Of a stretch of 59,588 bases of DNA, positions 36,901-48,619 are shown piece by piece. Source of the stretch: Stylophora pistillata (Eukaryota); contig NW_019218081.1 of assembly GCF_002571385.2 (NCBI RefSeq), positions 65,855 to 125,442 of the forward strand, written 5' to 3'. The notes below the pieces were generated by a model that saw only the letters and a list, made by a program, of their open reading frames with translations, made no database searches and was not told the origin of the DNA. The position numbers and the translations under genes were made by a program. Every line of letters starts with the position of its first letter. The first letter of the stretch is position 1.

Positions 36901-39288
36901 AAAATAAAGACCTTCAGGTTAAGTTTTGTAGTCTACAGAGTTCAAAAAGTCAATATTGACATTTTGAAAACCTTGTGCCCTGGGTTGGCCTTATTGGCTT
37001 TTAAACAAGCAAACAACAGATACAATTTTTACAGAACATTGTAACTGACTATGACATAAAGCTGCCTCTGAAGCAAAATCTTAATTTGTGTTATTTAACC
37101 ATTAGTCTACAGGTGTCTGATCTCACGCCCAACATGGGTCTCTTCTGGTACTTCTTCACTGAGATGTTTGAACATTTTAGAATTTTCTTTTTGTGGGTGT
37201 TTCAACTGAATGCCTTCTTCTACTGCATCCCCTTGACAATCAAATTGAGGTAACAGTATTTAAACCATGTAATTGTGCCTGTCAGTAGAAACATACTTTT
37301 GACTGTGGTTTTGAGAACAGCAACAGCAGGGGCAAATCAGTTCTCATCCTGAGGTTACCAATTTTTATGCATGCAGCCAATTGGTTAATCCTTCTATATC
37401 CTCCTATATGGATCTTCTTTTCTTATCAGGCTCATTCTCAAAGTTTTACCACCTTTTTGTAAGCATAAACAGAGATTATTTCTTAATAATTAATCTATGT
37501 TTGTTCTTTTAGGAATAGCCCAACATTCCTTGCCTGTATGCTTTGTTCTGTGATGGCCGTCATGAAGTCTTATCCAGGGCTAGGTGATGCTGCTTTACCG
37601 TTGGCCCTCTTGGCACTGTGGGTTCACATATTTCCATGTAAGCGTGTTGTTCTGTCCTTGATTTTTTGTTTTCCTTTATCACATCACCATTGGTGTGACT
37701 GGTCAGCAAATCGCGAGATATTTCTGTGCTATTATATTTTGGTGGGCAAACATGATCGATTGACCCTATTACATACTTTTTGAGGAAAAATTGCATAGTT
37801 GTGGCTATGATACAAAGAAAGTCCTTGGAGTATTGTTAGCTACATATGCTAACAAATTTTCACAAATTCTGCCTTTCACACTAGTGTGCATGCAACGATT
37901 GATTTGTCAGAAATAATCTACCTTTGACTTTTGACCTTTGACCTCTAAGAGTGACTAACACCTAAATTCTCTTTACCTTATCAGCCCTAAATCACGCCTA
38001 AGGTCAAGGGAATAAAGAAAATGATCACCACTCGAAGAAGCTCTTGATTGTTAAACAAATTCTCATTGTCAACACCTAAGGAAATGTATAGAAAACAGTT
38101 TGGAGAAAATGCATGTTGATGGTAGTGTGTAGGGGATTAACAAGTTCTGGCTGAAAGACAATTAAATGAAACGAACATGTCCTCTGCCCTCTTGAATCTC
38201 ATACAGCAGTTCAGGCTACTTGATAAGTATTTTACAATTCTTGTNAATACTTCTGATGTTTTCTTCGCTTTTCTGCGACGCGAGTACGATCTTTATCATG
38301 GAGTATATCCACCTGTTATAAAAGGAGAGCCAGCCTCTATCACTCTGCGGTGATATAACTATGGACATTTTCATGGTAAAAATGTTCAGATGCGACGAAG
38401 CGTTTCAAAACGAGTCATGTGTTGACTGTCCTTCCAAAGGAACACTGTCATGATTTGCCTACATTTGCGCGCATAGGAAGCTATACAGGCGCGCACAAGT
38501 AGTAATATACAGCAGTTCAGGGTACTTGATAAGTATTTTACAATTCTTGTATTCTTCTTGTAGATCTTCGTAACACACTCCTGGTGATGTGCATGTTAAT
38601 TTGTAGTTCGTTCTTGGCTCCAGTCTTCTGGCAGTTGTGGATTTACGCCGGAAGTGCAAATGCCAATTTTTTTTTCGCCATTACGCTGGCTTACTCTACC
38701 GCCCAGGTATTCATTATCAGTCGAGGCCATGTGGTCAAGAATTTTTCGTGGTCATCTGCGTTGTCCGCGCATTAGGATGTCTGCTGGGGATGCAAACTTT
38801 AGTTCTGTTACTACTTTGGTTTTAGTTTTACAACCTTGAATTGAAAACCACTAGAAAAGTTTCTACGATCACAAGCGCATCTAAATACTCATGTCTTAGA
38901 ACAAAGATCAGCCATGAGAAACATAGATACGTCGAACGTTCGAGCTTCCTTTTTTTGGGGAACGCAATAAAAGCATTAGAAGAGTTGGCTTAACTCAGAA
39001 TACCCCGCCACTCATTTCATTGAACAAGGATAGCGTCTATTGTGTTATGCCTCGTTCTTCACTTCCTTGTTTAGAGTTTTCCTACTGAACAAAAAAACGT
39101 AATTTTCACTTTTCAACATCAAATTCTTCCAACTCTGTCAGTAATACAATCAACGCTTTTTTTTTTAATTGCAGATTCTTCTGACTTCTGATGTTTTCTT
39201 CGCTTTTCTGCGACGCGAGTACGATCTTTATCATGGAGTATATCCACCTGTTATAAAAGGAGAGCCAGCCTCTATCACTCTGCGGTGA
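30963..39288 (+). CDS. PIGU: GPI transamidase subunit PIG-U, 12 exons (about 30963-31098, 31317-31381, 31861-31932, 33667-33729, 34487-34590, 34757-34857, 35331-35428, 35909-36060, 37106-37248, 37513-37637, 38564-38707, 39175-39288)
   Basis: The spliced translation gives [82 protein letters not shown] and AFLRREYDL. Introns are GT-AG with matching phases. Confidence 0.95.
32530..32745. mobile_element. TTAA/CCC-GGG-ended non-autonomous element; relatives at ~37940-38140 and ~41485-41686
   Basis: The three segments have CCC/CCT-type starts and GGTTAA/GATTAA ends, and share a TTCTCCTTAC-like core (TTCTCTTTAC at ~37967). Confidence 0.5.
32808..32944. repeat. Palindromic MITE-like element
   Basis: TCTTATTAACCAAGC..GGGAGAATCTTGACC / GGTCAAGATTCTCCC..GCTCGGTTGATAAGA fold back on each other. 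Confidence 0.7.
33163..33604. repeat. Composite repeat: 123-bp direct repeats around a tRNA-like core, plus an inverted partial copy
   Basis: 33163-33285 equals 33410-33532. The minus strand of 33281-33356 has A box TAGCTCAATTGG and B box GGTTTGAATCC. 33538-33604 is an inverted copy. A fragment recurs at ~57270-57313. Confidence 0.85.
36463..36802. mobile_element. MITE with ~140-bp imperfect TIRs
   Basis: ATCAAGGGAGCACGGCAGAATTTATTTTCCCTTGATTT.. / ..AAATCAAGGGAAAATAAATTCTGCTGTGCTCCCTTGAT. Confidence 0.85.
38201..38395 (+). repeat. Duplicate of the PIGU intron-10 end and of most of the last exon plus 3' UTR
   Basis: 38201-38244 matches ~38507-38550 with one substitution. 38249-38395 matches 39184-39330. 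The two parts are separated by the N at 38245. Confidence 0.9.
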
Positions 39289-40031
39289 TATAACTATGGA
39301 CATTTTCATGGTAAAAATGTTCAGATGCGANTCCGCTTTTCCAGAAGTGAGCTTGGGCTGCCTGTGTCTGGATGAGTTGAAGAGAAGAAAAACGGTGTTA
39401 AAATTGACGAGGGTCTAAGTTAAGTAGAACCGAATCGTTCTCATCCGTTTGAGAAACCTAGATTGTCGAACAGTTTTCCGTCAAAGTTTTTACTCCAAAT
39501 GCAAAGTTGTCTGGTTTCATTGTGCTGCTAGACAAGAAACGGGAACTGTTGGCCCATTGCGTTCATATTAGGCGCGGCAAGCGGCTTGAACTCGAAGTAT
39601 TGGAATAAAACAGCTGAATAAAGGCGAGATAGAGATGTATCATTAACAGTATATGTTATAGTACACTTTTTAAAAGTGCAATTAAGATAAAATAATGAGT
39701 TTCCTTAAGTGAAATGGTGTCAAACGTCAGTCTGCTCCAGAACTATAAAAGTTGTTTGTGTATGATCTTCTGAACTATAATTGGCCGAGTCTCAGCGTTT
39801 AAATAACGACTGTCCAACACTTCTCACGACGGTTCATTCCTGACACCACGAACTAACTTTTGTTAAACTCTTCTCGACATCAGTTGCTTTGAAAACCAGC
39901 ACTGAGCGTGTAATGTGCACACTATTGCAGTTCTCCATAGAAAAATTCAAAAACTTAGACGTTTAAGGATTAATATTCTGTTTTTGAAAACAGTCAAAGG
40001 TGATTTCTAGAAATCTCTACATGGTTTCTAA

Positions 40032-40358
40032 TTAATGACGATTATTGTCAGAATATCCTCGCTGAAGTTCTCCTTGCTTGAAAGAATGAAGCATTCCTTG
40101 CAGATAACCATTCACGTACCCATTCATGTAAGCCTCCTTATCCTCCGACTCTGGTACTGTCTTCAGAACGTGTTCTAGTACTCCTTTGATATAACCCAGT
40201 TCATATCCAAGTTTGTATCCTTGCGATACTCTTACGCCAAGTTCTTGCAAAGTTTTCTCCGCTTGTTTCAAAGCCAGCTGCACGATTTCTTTGTCGATAT
40301 CGCCCAAGCTATTTGCGGTTGCTGGGTCGAAACTAACCACCAAAGTTTCTGGATCCAT
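40032..40358 (-). CDS. 108-aa hypothetical protein with two GxxxG ladders
   Basis: ATG in AAAATGG context with an upstream in-frame stop. QGYKLGYELGYIKG and NGYVNGYLQG follow a Yae1/FliH-like pattern. Confidence 0.55.
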   Translation of the reverse strand: MDPETLVVSFDPATANSLGDIDKEIVQLALKQAEKTLQELGVRVSQGYKLGYELGYIKGVLEHVLKTVPESEDKEAYMNGYVNGYLQGMLHSFKQGELQRGYSDNNRH

Positions 40359-41059
40359 TTTAGTTTTGGCCAGATTTTGTGTAGCTATGGAGGTAAAATT
40401 ACATGGTACATCATGATAATCCGAGCAACCTTCTTTTTTCCACTGGCAAAACTATTTAAAAAAAACCAAAAAACTTCAGATAACATTAGAAAAGCACCGG
40501 GGAGATAAAGATAACCCAACAAGGATCAACTCTGGCAAACGATGGAAAAAAGAAAATAAAATTTTCAGGTTGAAATCTTCAAAACTTTAGGCCGGAGTTG
40601 GATATACAAACCGTGGACTGGGAAGGCAGTAATCAGATTTAGGACAAACGTAGGAACTGAGGACCGAAGTATATTTGCACAACTTTGTTTGTAATGATCC
40701 GTTACCAAAGCATCCTGTCACTCCATGCCCCTGTGGAAAATGATAGGCTACTATTTTCTTTTTGTACTTTCGTTAATTATTTACAGCATAATGACATTGA
40801 GGATAATGAACATGTTAGATGTCCCTTGTAGCAAGCTGTGGATTCATTTTATAAACTGCTTTGTTTCCTTAAGTTGCGGTTTTAATCACTGATTAACAGA
40901 GCGTGGAAAACATCTCGCGCTTTCAGTTTACAAGCAGTTTTAATGCTCTCGATAGTAACGGTCTCGAACTAGTCAAGGCCAATTTCAAATGTTATTCTGT
41001 TTTCTTTTCTACCAAAAAGGTTACAAGAAAAGAGGATGAATTAATGAATTCCTTATTTA

Positions 41060-41324
41060 TATTGCGCCCTTTCTATACAATATTCAAAGGCGCAGTACCC
41101 CCCATCAATTTGATAGACACTACACAAAGATATACCACAACACCGGGCACTACGCGCCCAACTCTTTTCGATTTTCGAACAGTGTGTGGGTTCTTTTAAA
41201 GTCCTACAAATTTTTTTATCACATACAAGGGCTTGTGAGACGGGAGCTCCATTTATCGTCCCTATCCGAGAAGACTAGAAAGTCTAACCATTTGCAGATA
41301 TTATTACAAAGGCAGCACTTTCTT

Positions 41325-41358
<34 letters not shown>

Positions 41359-41422
41359 CCGGATTTGAACTCACGACCTCCCGCACAACAGTCGGGCGCT
41401 CTACCAATTGAACTAACCGGGA
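41060..41422 (-). mobile_element. tRNA-derived SINE
   Basis: The minus strand reads CCCGGTTAGTTCAATTGGTAGAGC..GAGTTCAAATCCGGCCGGACCAACACTCAGGGTCT (A and B boxes), followed by a body. The same head occurs at 50432. Confidence 0.8.
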
Positions 41423-42831
41423 GGATATAAACTCAAGAAGTTTTTACACACTTTACTCTGGCTAAGTAGAGTGTTTTTGTCGATTGAACCCTTTCACTCC
41501 CAAGACAGAACTTCTCCTTACGATATCAGTACAAAATGAAGTAGCTAAGTGATGCGAATAAAGAAAATCATCAATTAAGGGACTATAAGTTGAACCGATA
41601 CCAAATTCTCCATTTCAAAATCTTAAGAATTGTGTGGCACACGGTAGGGAGAATTACTAATTAGAACTTGAGAGTTATAGGGTTAATGAGCGTCAAACTT
41701 GTAATTAGTTTGACATTTTTGCGTTTATCCTGTTGTACTGTAAATCGCCAAATCAAGCGTCCCCACTCAAGTGGCCGCTCTTGGAAAGCTAGGGTTAAAT
41801 CGCCTCTTAATAAGGGGCTTAACCGTATTTTTGTTGTCTGTAATTCAGTATCGTACTGTGTGTGTGTGTCTTTTTTTTTTTGTTTGTTTGTTTGTTTTTT
41901 TTTCTTTGTGCCTTTATTTTATATTATAAGGAAAGGGAAAAAGTGTGAGCCGTGTAGCGATTTTTAAAAATAAGGAAAATTGCTTAAATCCTAAGTAACT
42001 ACAGACAAAGAGAAGAGTATAATCCCTTCCTCCCGGCCACCTGTGCACTGAAATCTTTAACTTGGGTTACTTGGCAAGATGGATGGAGGGCAAAACTATC
42101 CTCAGTAGGGTAGTGGTAGTGTATTGCCGTGAATTCTGGATTTCTTTAGTTGAACGCCCAACAACCGAACGTGACACCATGCTAAATAGAAAAAGTACTA
42201 TGATCGAACAAATAGCTGGAAAAAATAGTATGGCGGTTTATTACAAAAGGCTTTAGTAATTTTATTTTCCGATTTAAGCTAAGATTAAGGGAGCACTTAA
42301 TTTCGGCTTGCCCTTTTTCACTCTCAGCTAACGGTTAGTCGGGTGAGTGAGTGAGTCGCAGTTGCGCTAATGCGCGCGAAAATTTCTCCCTTTCCAGTTT
42401 ACCGCAAGCGCTGTCATTTGCATGACTTAAAAGTGAGACAAAACTGGTGACAATTCCCCCATATCGTTATTTCCTGTTTTTGTCTTTGAAATATTCCATA
42501 ATGATACTTAATAAATATTTCTTCTAGAAATTTGCACTCTGTTTCTTCACGATTGTGTAGATAAGCGAACGTTTGTATAAATAATTCGGTAGTTAATATT
42601 AACTTTTCTTATTGGCTACCATTTTCCCTTGTTTGAGATGTAAATAATTTTCCAACATAGTATCGATCTATTCAGTATGATCTGAAAGTTTTACGAAAAT
42701 ACAGGTGTACCCTCTTTTTCGGGGTAAGACCTTAGATCATATATTACATTTTCATCTTGATATGGCGACATTTAAGCTTAATTTATGCGTACTTAAATCG
42801 AAATTCGCCTCAAACTGTTTTACCTCAGTGT

Positions 42832-43686
42832 TTACATTGTACGATTGAGTTCGTCGCTTTCGTCTTCAACCTCTTCCAATACATTATCTACACCATTTCC
42901 CGCCTTTAGAAACCGTCCGGCATTAGACAGAGCTGGTGCTGAACCCCATTGGGTTGGCTTAAAAGTCATGGTTTTATTAAACTCCTCTAAATCTTCCTTT
43001 TCGCTAATATTCATCAAACCTTGATATGCGCGTGTATACAGCTCCATTGACCGGGCTAACAGCTCCATCTCGCAGACCACAAACTCCGAGAAAATCTGCT
43101 TCACATCCCGCATCTTTTGACTTTCGAACTCGTTCATCTGTTCGCGTAAAACCCTCAGCGATCGGTTCGCTTCGCCAGACGCCTTCTGAAATTCAGCCTG
43201 AGCTCTGGCGATCCGCGTTCGATCAGTAGATTTCATCTGTGCTTTTTCGAGATTCTCGAATGACTTCACCTCCCTAGTGGAGAGAGACGAACTAACCCTC
43301 ACGTCGTTCCTCGCCTGCTTGCATTTCGTGTCGTACACGCTGAGTCCTTGAACGAGTTTCTCTTCAATTTTGCTAACCTCTGTGTCTCGTTGATCCTGAA
43401 TGGCGGACAAACATTCAGACATGGTTGTAAGGCCTTGCTTTAATGAGGGAGATTCTTCTTCCGCATAGGCCGTTATTGTCTTGGCCAGCTCGTCGCCCTT
43501 GTTTCGTAATTTCGCTGTTCCTACTGCGTAGCGTTGAAGCATCGCCGCCACCTTGGGAAAATGCGTTTCAACAATGAATATTTTTCTGTCGATAACTTTG
43601 GTTTGGTGTTCGGTAGCCTTGACAGAGGCTTTTAAATCTGGAAGCGATCCTGTAAAATTTCGATCTTCTCGGTTGAGGCGAGCCAT
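42832..43686 (-). CDS. CIBAR1: FAM92/CIBAR-family BAR domain protein, intronless
   Basis: VETHF..Y...TAKLRNKGDEL..YA..E.P.LK.GL, QDQRDTEV and FESQKMRDVKQIFSEF..EM..R.MELYT.AYQ..NI.E.EDLE match FAM92A along its length. Orthology to CIBAR1 versus a paralogue is not established. Confidence 0.85.
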   Translation of the reverse strand: MARLNREDRNFTGSLPDLKASVKATEHQTKVIDRKIFIVETHFPKVAAMLQRYAVGTAKLRNKGDELAKTITAYAEEESPSLKQGLTTMSECLSAIQDQRDTEVSKIEEKLVQGLSVYDTKCKQARNDVRVSSSLSTREVKSFENLEKAQMKSTDRTRIARAQAEFQKASGEANRSLRVLREQMNEFESQKMRDVKQIFSEFVVCEMELLARSMELYTRAYQGLMNISEKEDLEEFNKTMTFKPTQWGSAPALSNAGRFLKAGNGVDNVLEEVEDESDELNRTM

Positions 43687-44409
43687 CGATTTAAAAAGTT
43701 ATTAAGACAGTGTTACTGTGTTTGTTATGCGAATCTTTCGTTTCAAAAGTCGCGTGCTTGCGTTGTTATCTTCAAATCAGAACAATTAAAAGTCACGGCG
43801 ACGTCTTCAGTTAAAATTTGCATGTGAAAGAAATTCACCGTTGCGTTACGGATCATGTGCTGTTCTTCAAGCTGGTGCCATATTGATCAGTCAAGAAAAG
43901 AAAACTACTCATGAGCTATTTTTAGCGATAACTTTGTCACGCGACTGTTTACAGCTTCCAAAGATCATCTGAAACCAGGTCCTGCTGGTCTTTTACACAG
44001 ATTCGGAACTTTTAAGTGGAAGATTGTCATCTATGCCGTGTAGCAGAATAATATTTGAGGACTTGGTTTTGACGATGACAAATTCTGTAGGAATGACTGC
44101 AACCTCTACTAGAAGTGATTTTCCCTTTTTTCCGCCCTGTTTGTTCCTATTGGATAGATACCTATTACATAATCTGGATTCTAATTGATAAGCACACCTT
44201 TAACCGCAGTCACGTGATTATCGATATATCTAACACAATATTAAGCTCATTGGTCTGTTCACGCGTTACTCTATAATAGTATACATCGGAAAATCAATAG
44301 AAATATTAGTTTAGCACATAAGTAGTTTTACTCGTGAACTGAGCTGTAGTATTTTGCCTCCACTTTGTATATATTTAGTAATTTTATTATTTACATTTCA
44401 ACGCTACGC

Positions 44410-44632
44410 AATAGTCTTTTTTACAGTTGTGGGCTTGGTGGCCAAGTCTTTGAACAGGAGTGAGGCTTAGGGTGACCTTGTTATGATAGAGATGTTGCTG
44501 CTTTTCAAATGCAAAATTTTTTTTTGTTATCATGCTAACTAGAAACAGGTCTCTATCACAACAGGGTTACCCTTAGCCTCACTCCTGTTCAAATGCTTGG
44601 CCACCAAGCCCACAACTCTAAAAGGGACTATT
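44410..44632. mobile_element. MITE with ~80-bp TIRs (AATAG...CTATT ends)
   Basis: AATAGTCTTTTTTACAGTTGTGGGCTTGGTGGCCAAG..GAACAGGAGTGAGGCT / AGCCTCACTCCTGTTC..CTTGGCCACCAAGCCCACAACT.TAAAAGGGACTATT. Confidence 0.85.
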
Positions 44633-47039
44633 CAGCCCTTGGCTGCTATGTATTGTTTTGGTTTTGTTTTGGTTTTGTTTCTGCTATGTATTGTTTTGGT
44701 GCTTGGCCACCAAGCCCACAACTGTAAAAGGGACTATTCAGCCCTTGGCTGCTATGTATTGTTTTGGTTTTGTTTTGGTTTTGTTTCTGCTATGTATTGT
44801 TTTGGTGCTTGGCCACCAAGCCCACAACTGTAAAAGGGACTATTCAGCCCTTGGCTGCTATGTATTGTTTTGGTTTTGTTTTGGTTTTGTTTCTGCTATG
44901 TATTGTTTTGGTGCTTGGCCACCAAGCCCACAACTGTAAAAGGGACTATTCAGCCCTTGGCTGCTATGTATTGTTTTGGTTTTGTTTTGGTTTTGTTTCT
45001 GCTATGTATTGTTTTGGTGCTTGGCCACCAAGCCCACAACTGTAAAAGGGACTATTCAGCCCTTGGCTGCTATGTATTGTTTTGGTTTTGTTTTGGTTTT
45101 GTTTCTGCTATGTATTGTTTTGGTGCTTGGCCACCAAGCCCACAACTGTAAAAGGGACTATTCAGCCCTTGGCTGCTATGTATTGTTTTGGTTTTGTTTT
45201 GGTTTTGTTTCTGCTATGTATTGTTTTGGTGCTTGGCCACCAAGCCCACAACTGTAAAAGGGACTATTCAGCCCTTGGCTGCTATGTATTGTTTTGGTTT
45301 TGTTTTGGTTTTGTTTCTGCTATGTATTGTTTTGGTGCTTGGCCACCAAGCCCACAACTGTAAAAGGGACTATTCAGCCCTTGGCTGCTATGTATTGTTT
45401 TGGTTTTGTTTTGGTTTTGTTTCTGCTATGTATTGTTTTGGTGCTTGGCCACCAAGCCCACAACTGTAAAAGGGACTATTCAGCCCTTGGCTGCTATGTA
45501 TTGTTTTGGTTTTGTTTTGGTTTTGTTTCTGCTATGTATTGTTTTGGTGCTTGGCCACCAAGCCCACAACTGTAAAAGGGACTATTCAGCCCTTGGCTGC
45601 TATGTATTGTTTTGGTTTTGTTTTGGTTTTGTTTCTGCTATGTATTGTTTTGGTGCTTGGCCACCAAGCCCACAACTGTAAAAGGGACTATTCAGCCCTT
45701 GGCTGCTATGTATTGTTTTGGTTTTGTTTTGGTTTTGTTTCTGCTATGTATTGTTTTGGTGCTTGGCCACCAAGCCCACAACTGTAAAAGGGACTATTCA
45801 GCCCTTGGCTGCTATGTATTGTTTTGGTTTTGTTTTGGTTTTGTTTCTGCTATGTATTGTTTTGGTGCTTGGCCACCAAGCCCACAACTGTAAAAGGGAC
45901 TATTCAGCCCTTGGCTGCTATGTATTGTTTTGGTTTTGTTTTGGTTTTGTTTCTGCTATGTATTGTTTTGGTGCTTGGCCACCAAGCCCACAACTGTAAA
46001 AGGGACTATTCAGCCCTTGGCTGCTATGTATTGTTTTGGTTTTGTTTTGGTTTTGTTTCTGCTATGTATTGTTTTGGTGCTTGGCCACCAAGCCCACAAC
46101 TGTAAAAGGGACTATTCAGCCCTTGGCTGCTATGTATTGTTTTGGTTTTGTTTTGGTTTTGTTTCTGCTATGTATTGTTTTGGTGCTTGGCCACCAAGCC
46201 CACAACTGTAAAAGGGACTATTCAGCCCTTGGCTGCTATGTATTGTTTTGGTTTTGTTTTGGTTTTGTTTCTGCTATGTATTGTTTTGGTGCTTGGCCAC
46301 CAAGCCCACAACTGTAAAAGGGACTATTCAGCCCTTGGCTGCTATGTATTGTTTTGGTTTTGTTTTGGTTTTGTTTCTGCTATGTATTGTTTTGGTGCTT
46401 GGCCACCAAGCCCACAACTGTAAAAGGGACTATTCAGCCCTTGGCTGCTATGTATTGTTTTGGTTTTGTTTTGGTTTTGTTTCTGCTATGTATTGTTTTG
46501 GTGCTTGGCCACCAAGCCCACAACTGTAAAAGGGACTATTCAGCCCTTGGCTGCTATGTATTGTTTTGGTTTTGTTTTGGTTTTGTTTCTGCTATGTATT
46601 GTTTTGGTGCTTGGCCACCAAGCCCACAACTGTAAAAGGGACTATTCAGCCCTTGGCTGCTATGTATTGTTTTGGTTTTGTTTTGGTTTTGTTTCTGCTA
46701 TGTATTGTTTTGGTGCTTGGCCACCAAGCCCACAACTGTAAAAGGGACTATTCAGCCCTTGGCTGCTATGTATTGTTTTGGTTTTGTTTTGGTTTTGTTT
46801 CTGCTATGTATTGTTTTGGTGCTTGGCCACCAAGCCCACAACTGTAAAAGGGACTATTCAGCCCTTGGCTGCTATGTATTGTTTTGGTTTTGTTTTGGTT
46901 TTGTTTCTGCTATGTATTGTTTTGGTGCTTGGCCACCAAGCCCACAACTGTAAAAGGGACTATTCAGCCCTTGGCTGCTATGTATTGTTTTGGTTTTGTT
47001 TTGGTTTTGTTTCTGCTATGTATTGTTTTGGTGCTTGGC
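44594..47039 (+). repeat. Tandem array of about 23 near-identical 106-bp units
   Basis: The period is 106 bp (ORF calls repeat every 106 bp). Each unit is 39 bp of MITE right end plus 67 bp of GTTTT-rich flank. The array runs into the N at 47040. Confidence 0.97.
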
Positions 47040-48619
47040 NGATTGGTTGAACCACAAGAGCAATGATTATACAGACTACATCGGAACTCGCTTGTACAGC
47101 ATCATTTTGGCTGTTTCGTGATCAAAACTCATCTCATTTTCTTGACCTTTTTTTGATAAAAAATCATTCCATTTGCGTTTTTTTGGAATTAAGTTGATTG
47201 CTTGCAAATCATATCTGATCCACGCGAGTCTCTGATTCTCTTGTTTTAAAGGCATTTGTCGGATCGTTGCTGAATTTGATTTAATTAATTGTCGCGTTCC
47301 CGATGCCGTAGACACGTGGTGTTGAGCACTGGAGTTCGCCAGAAAAACCGCAATGTTGAACTTTAGACAAGTGGCAGCATCAAACTCTTTATTCACTTAA
47401 GCTGGCAGTCTTTGTACAACATAGGCGGTGAAAACTATAGAACGGATGCATGAAGGTTCGATATAAGGAAAACCGAAAGACTACGAAACTAGAAATGATA
47501 AAAATTAGGAATATTACAAGCGTAACTTACATCGGATCTTGACTCCGGGGTAGAGAACTCCTAAACTCCGTTCGGCTCCGAAATGGTTTCGCTACAATGA
47601 TTCCTCGCAACTGAACTACTAGCTAATAGAAGGCGAATTTAGTTCTTACACTTTGACGTAGGGGAAATAGAAATGAACAGTGCTTTGTGTAGCTAGCTTC
47701 GAGCGGATATTCGCTAGTCACGGAATAGAAATCAAACAAAGCGCGCTAACAAATTTAATAGAAATTCATTGAAAGTTTCTTAGTGTCTTAGTGCTAAAAA
47801 CGGAAGAGTTGTTCATAAGTAAAAAAGATTAGAGTTCGTATCCGTAAACGTGACATTAATAGTTTTTAATAGATGTGCCCATGTTCTTAATTGGAATGTA
47901 TGCTGAAAACAATCCTTCTCACCACAACTGAATTGTTGCATTGTTTTGTTGTATTGAGCCCACACGGAGCTTAGCACGATTATTTTTGTCTCAACATATT
48001 GTAAAATTTAATACAATGCAATATCAGAGGGGTGTACAATTACGTAATTTGGCTCGAGTAGAGACTAAATAGAGCAACACCTTAAAACACGACACGGTAC
48101 CTTTGATGTTAGAGTAAACACAACTGCGGCAAATCTACAGTTAGCCACAACCATAATTTGACGCATACAAACGGTAACAGTTGTCCGATGGCTGGCTGGT
48201 TTTGTTTGACTGGTTATATTTCTGGCTTGAAGTACCTGTCGCTCATGATAAACGCTTCTTGAATTATTCAAAGCCAAGCGGATTTGAATTATCCTTGAAG
48301 CGACACTCTGTCTTACAAAAAAACAAAAAGCAACCACACCTGCTGTTGCTCAAAACTTCACAAATTTGATATTTTTCCAAGATGACTTCTAAGTTTGGTT
48401 CATACAAGCAAGCCATACGTTTTAGCTGCATGCGTTGCTGAAAAAGCAATTTTGGAAGCGGTCTGGCAGTAAAGGTTTGGCGACCACAATTTGTAAATTT
48501 AACTAGTGTGCATTGCGAGCAGAGAAAGTGTCCCACGAGTTTGAAAGCATCGAGAGATGAAGGACAGAAATACTCACTATCATCAATAAGGATCTACCAA
48601 GAACGCATTTTGAAGAAAA

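Noticed and set aside
44594-47039. CRISPR array, or the repeated 93-aa ORFs as genes
   Set aside because: The units are identical with no variable spacers, there are no cas genes, and the context is eukaryotic. The ORFs are by-products of a stop-poor repeat.
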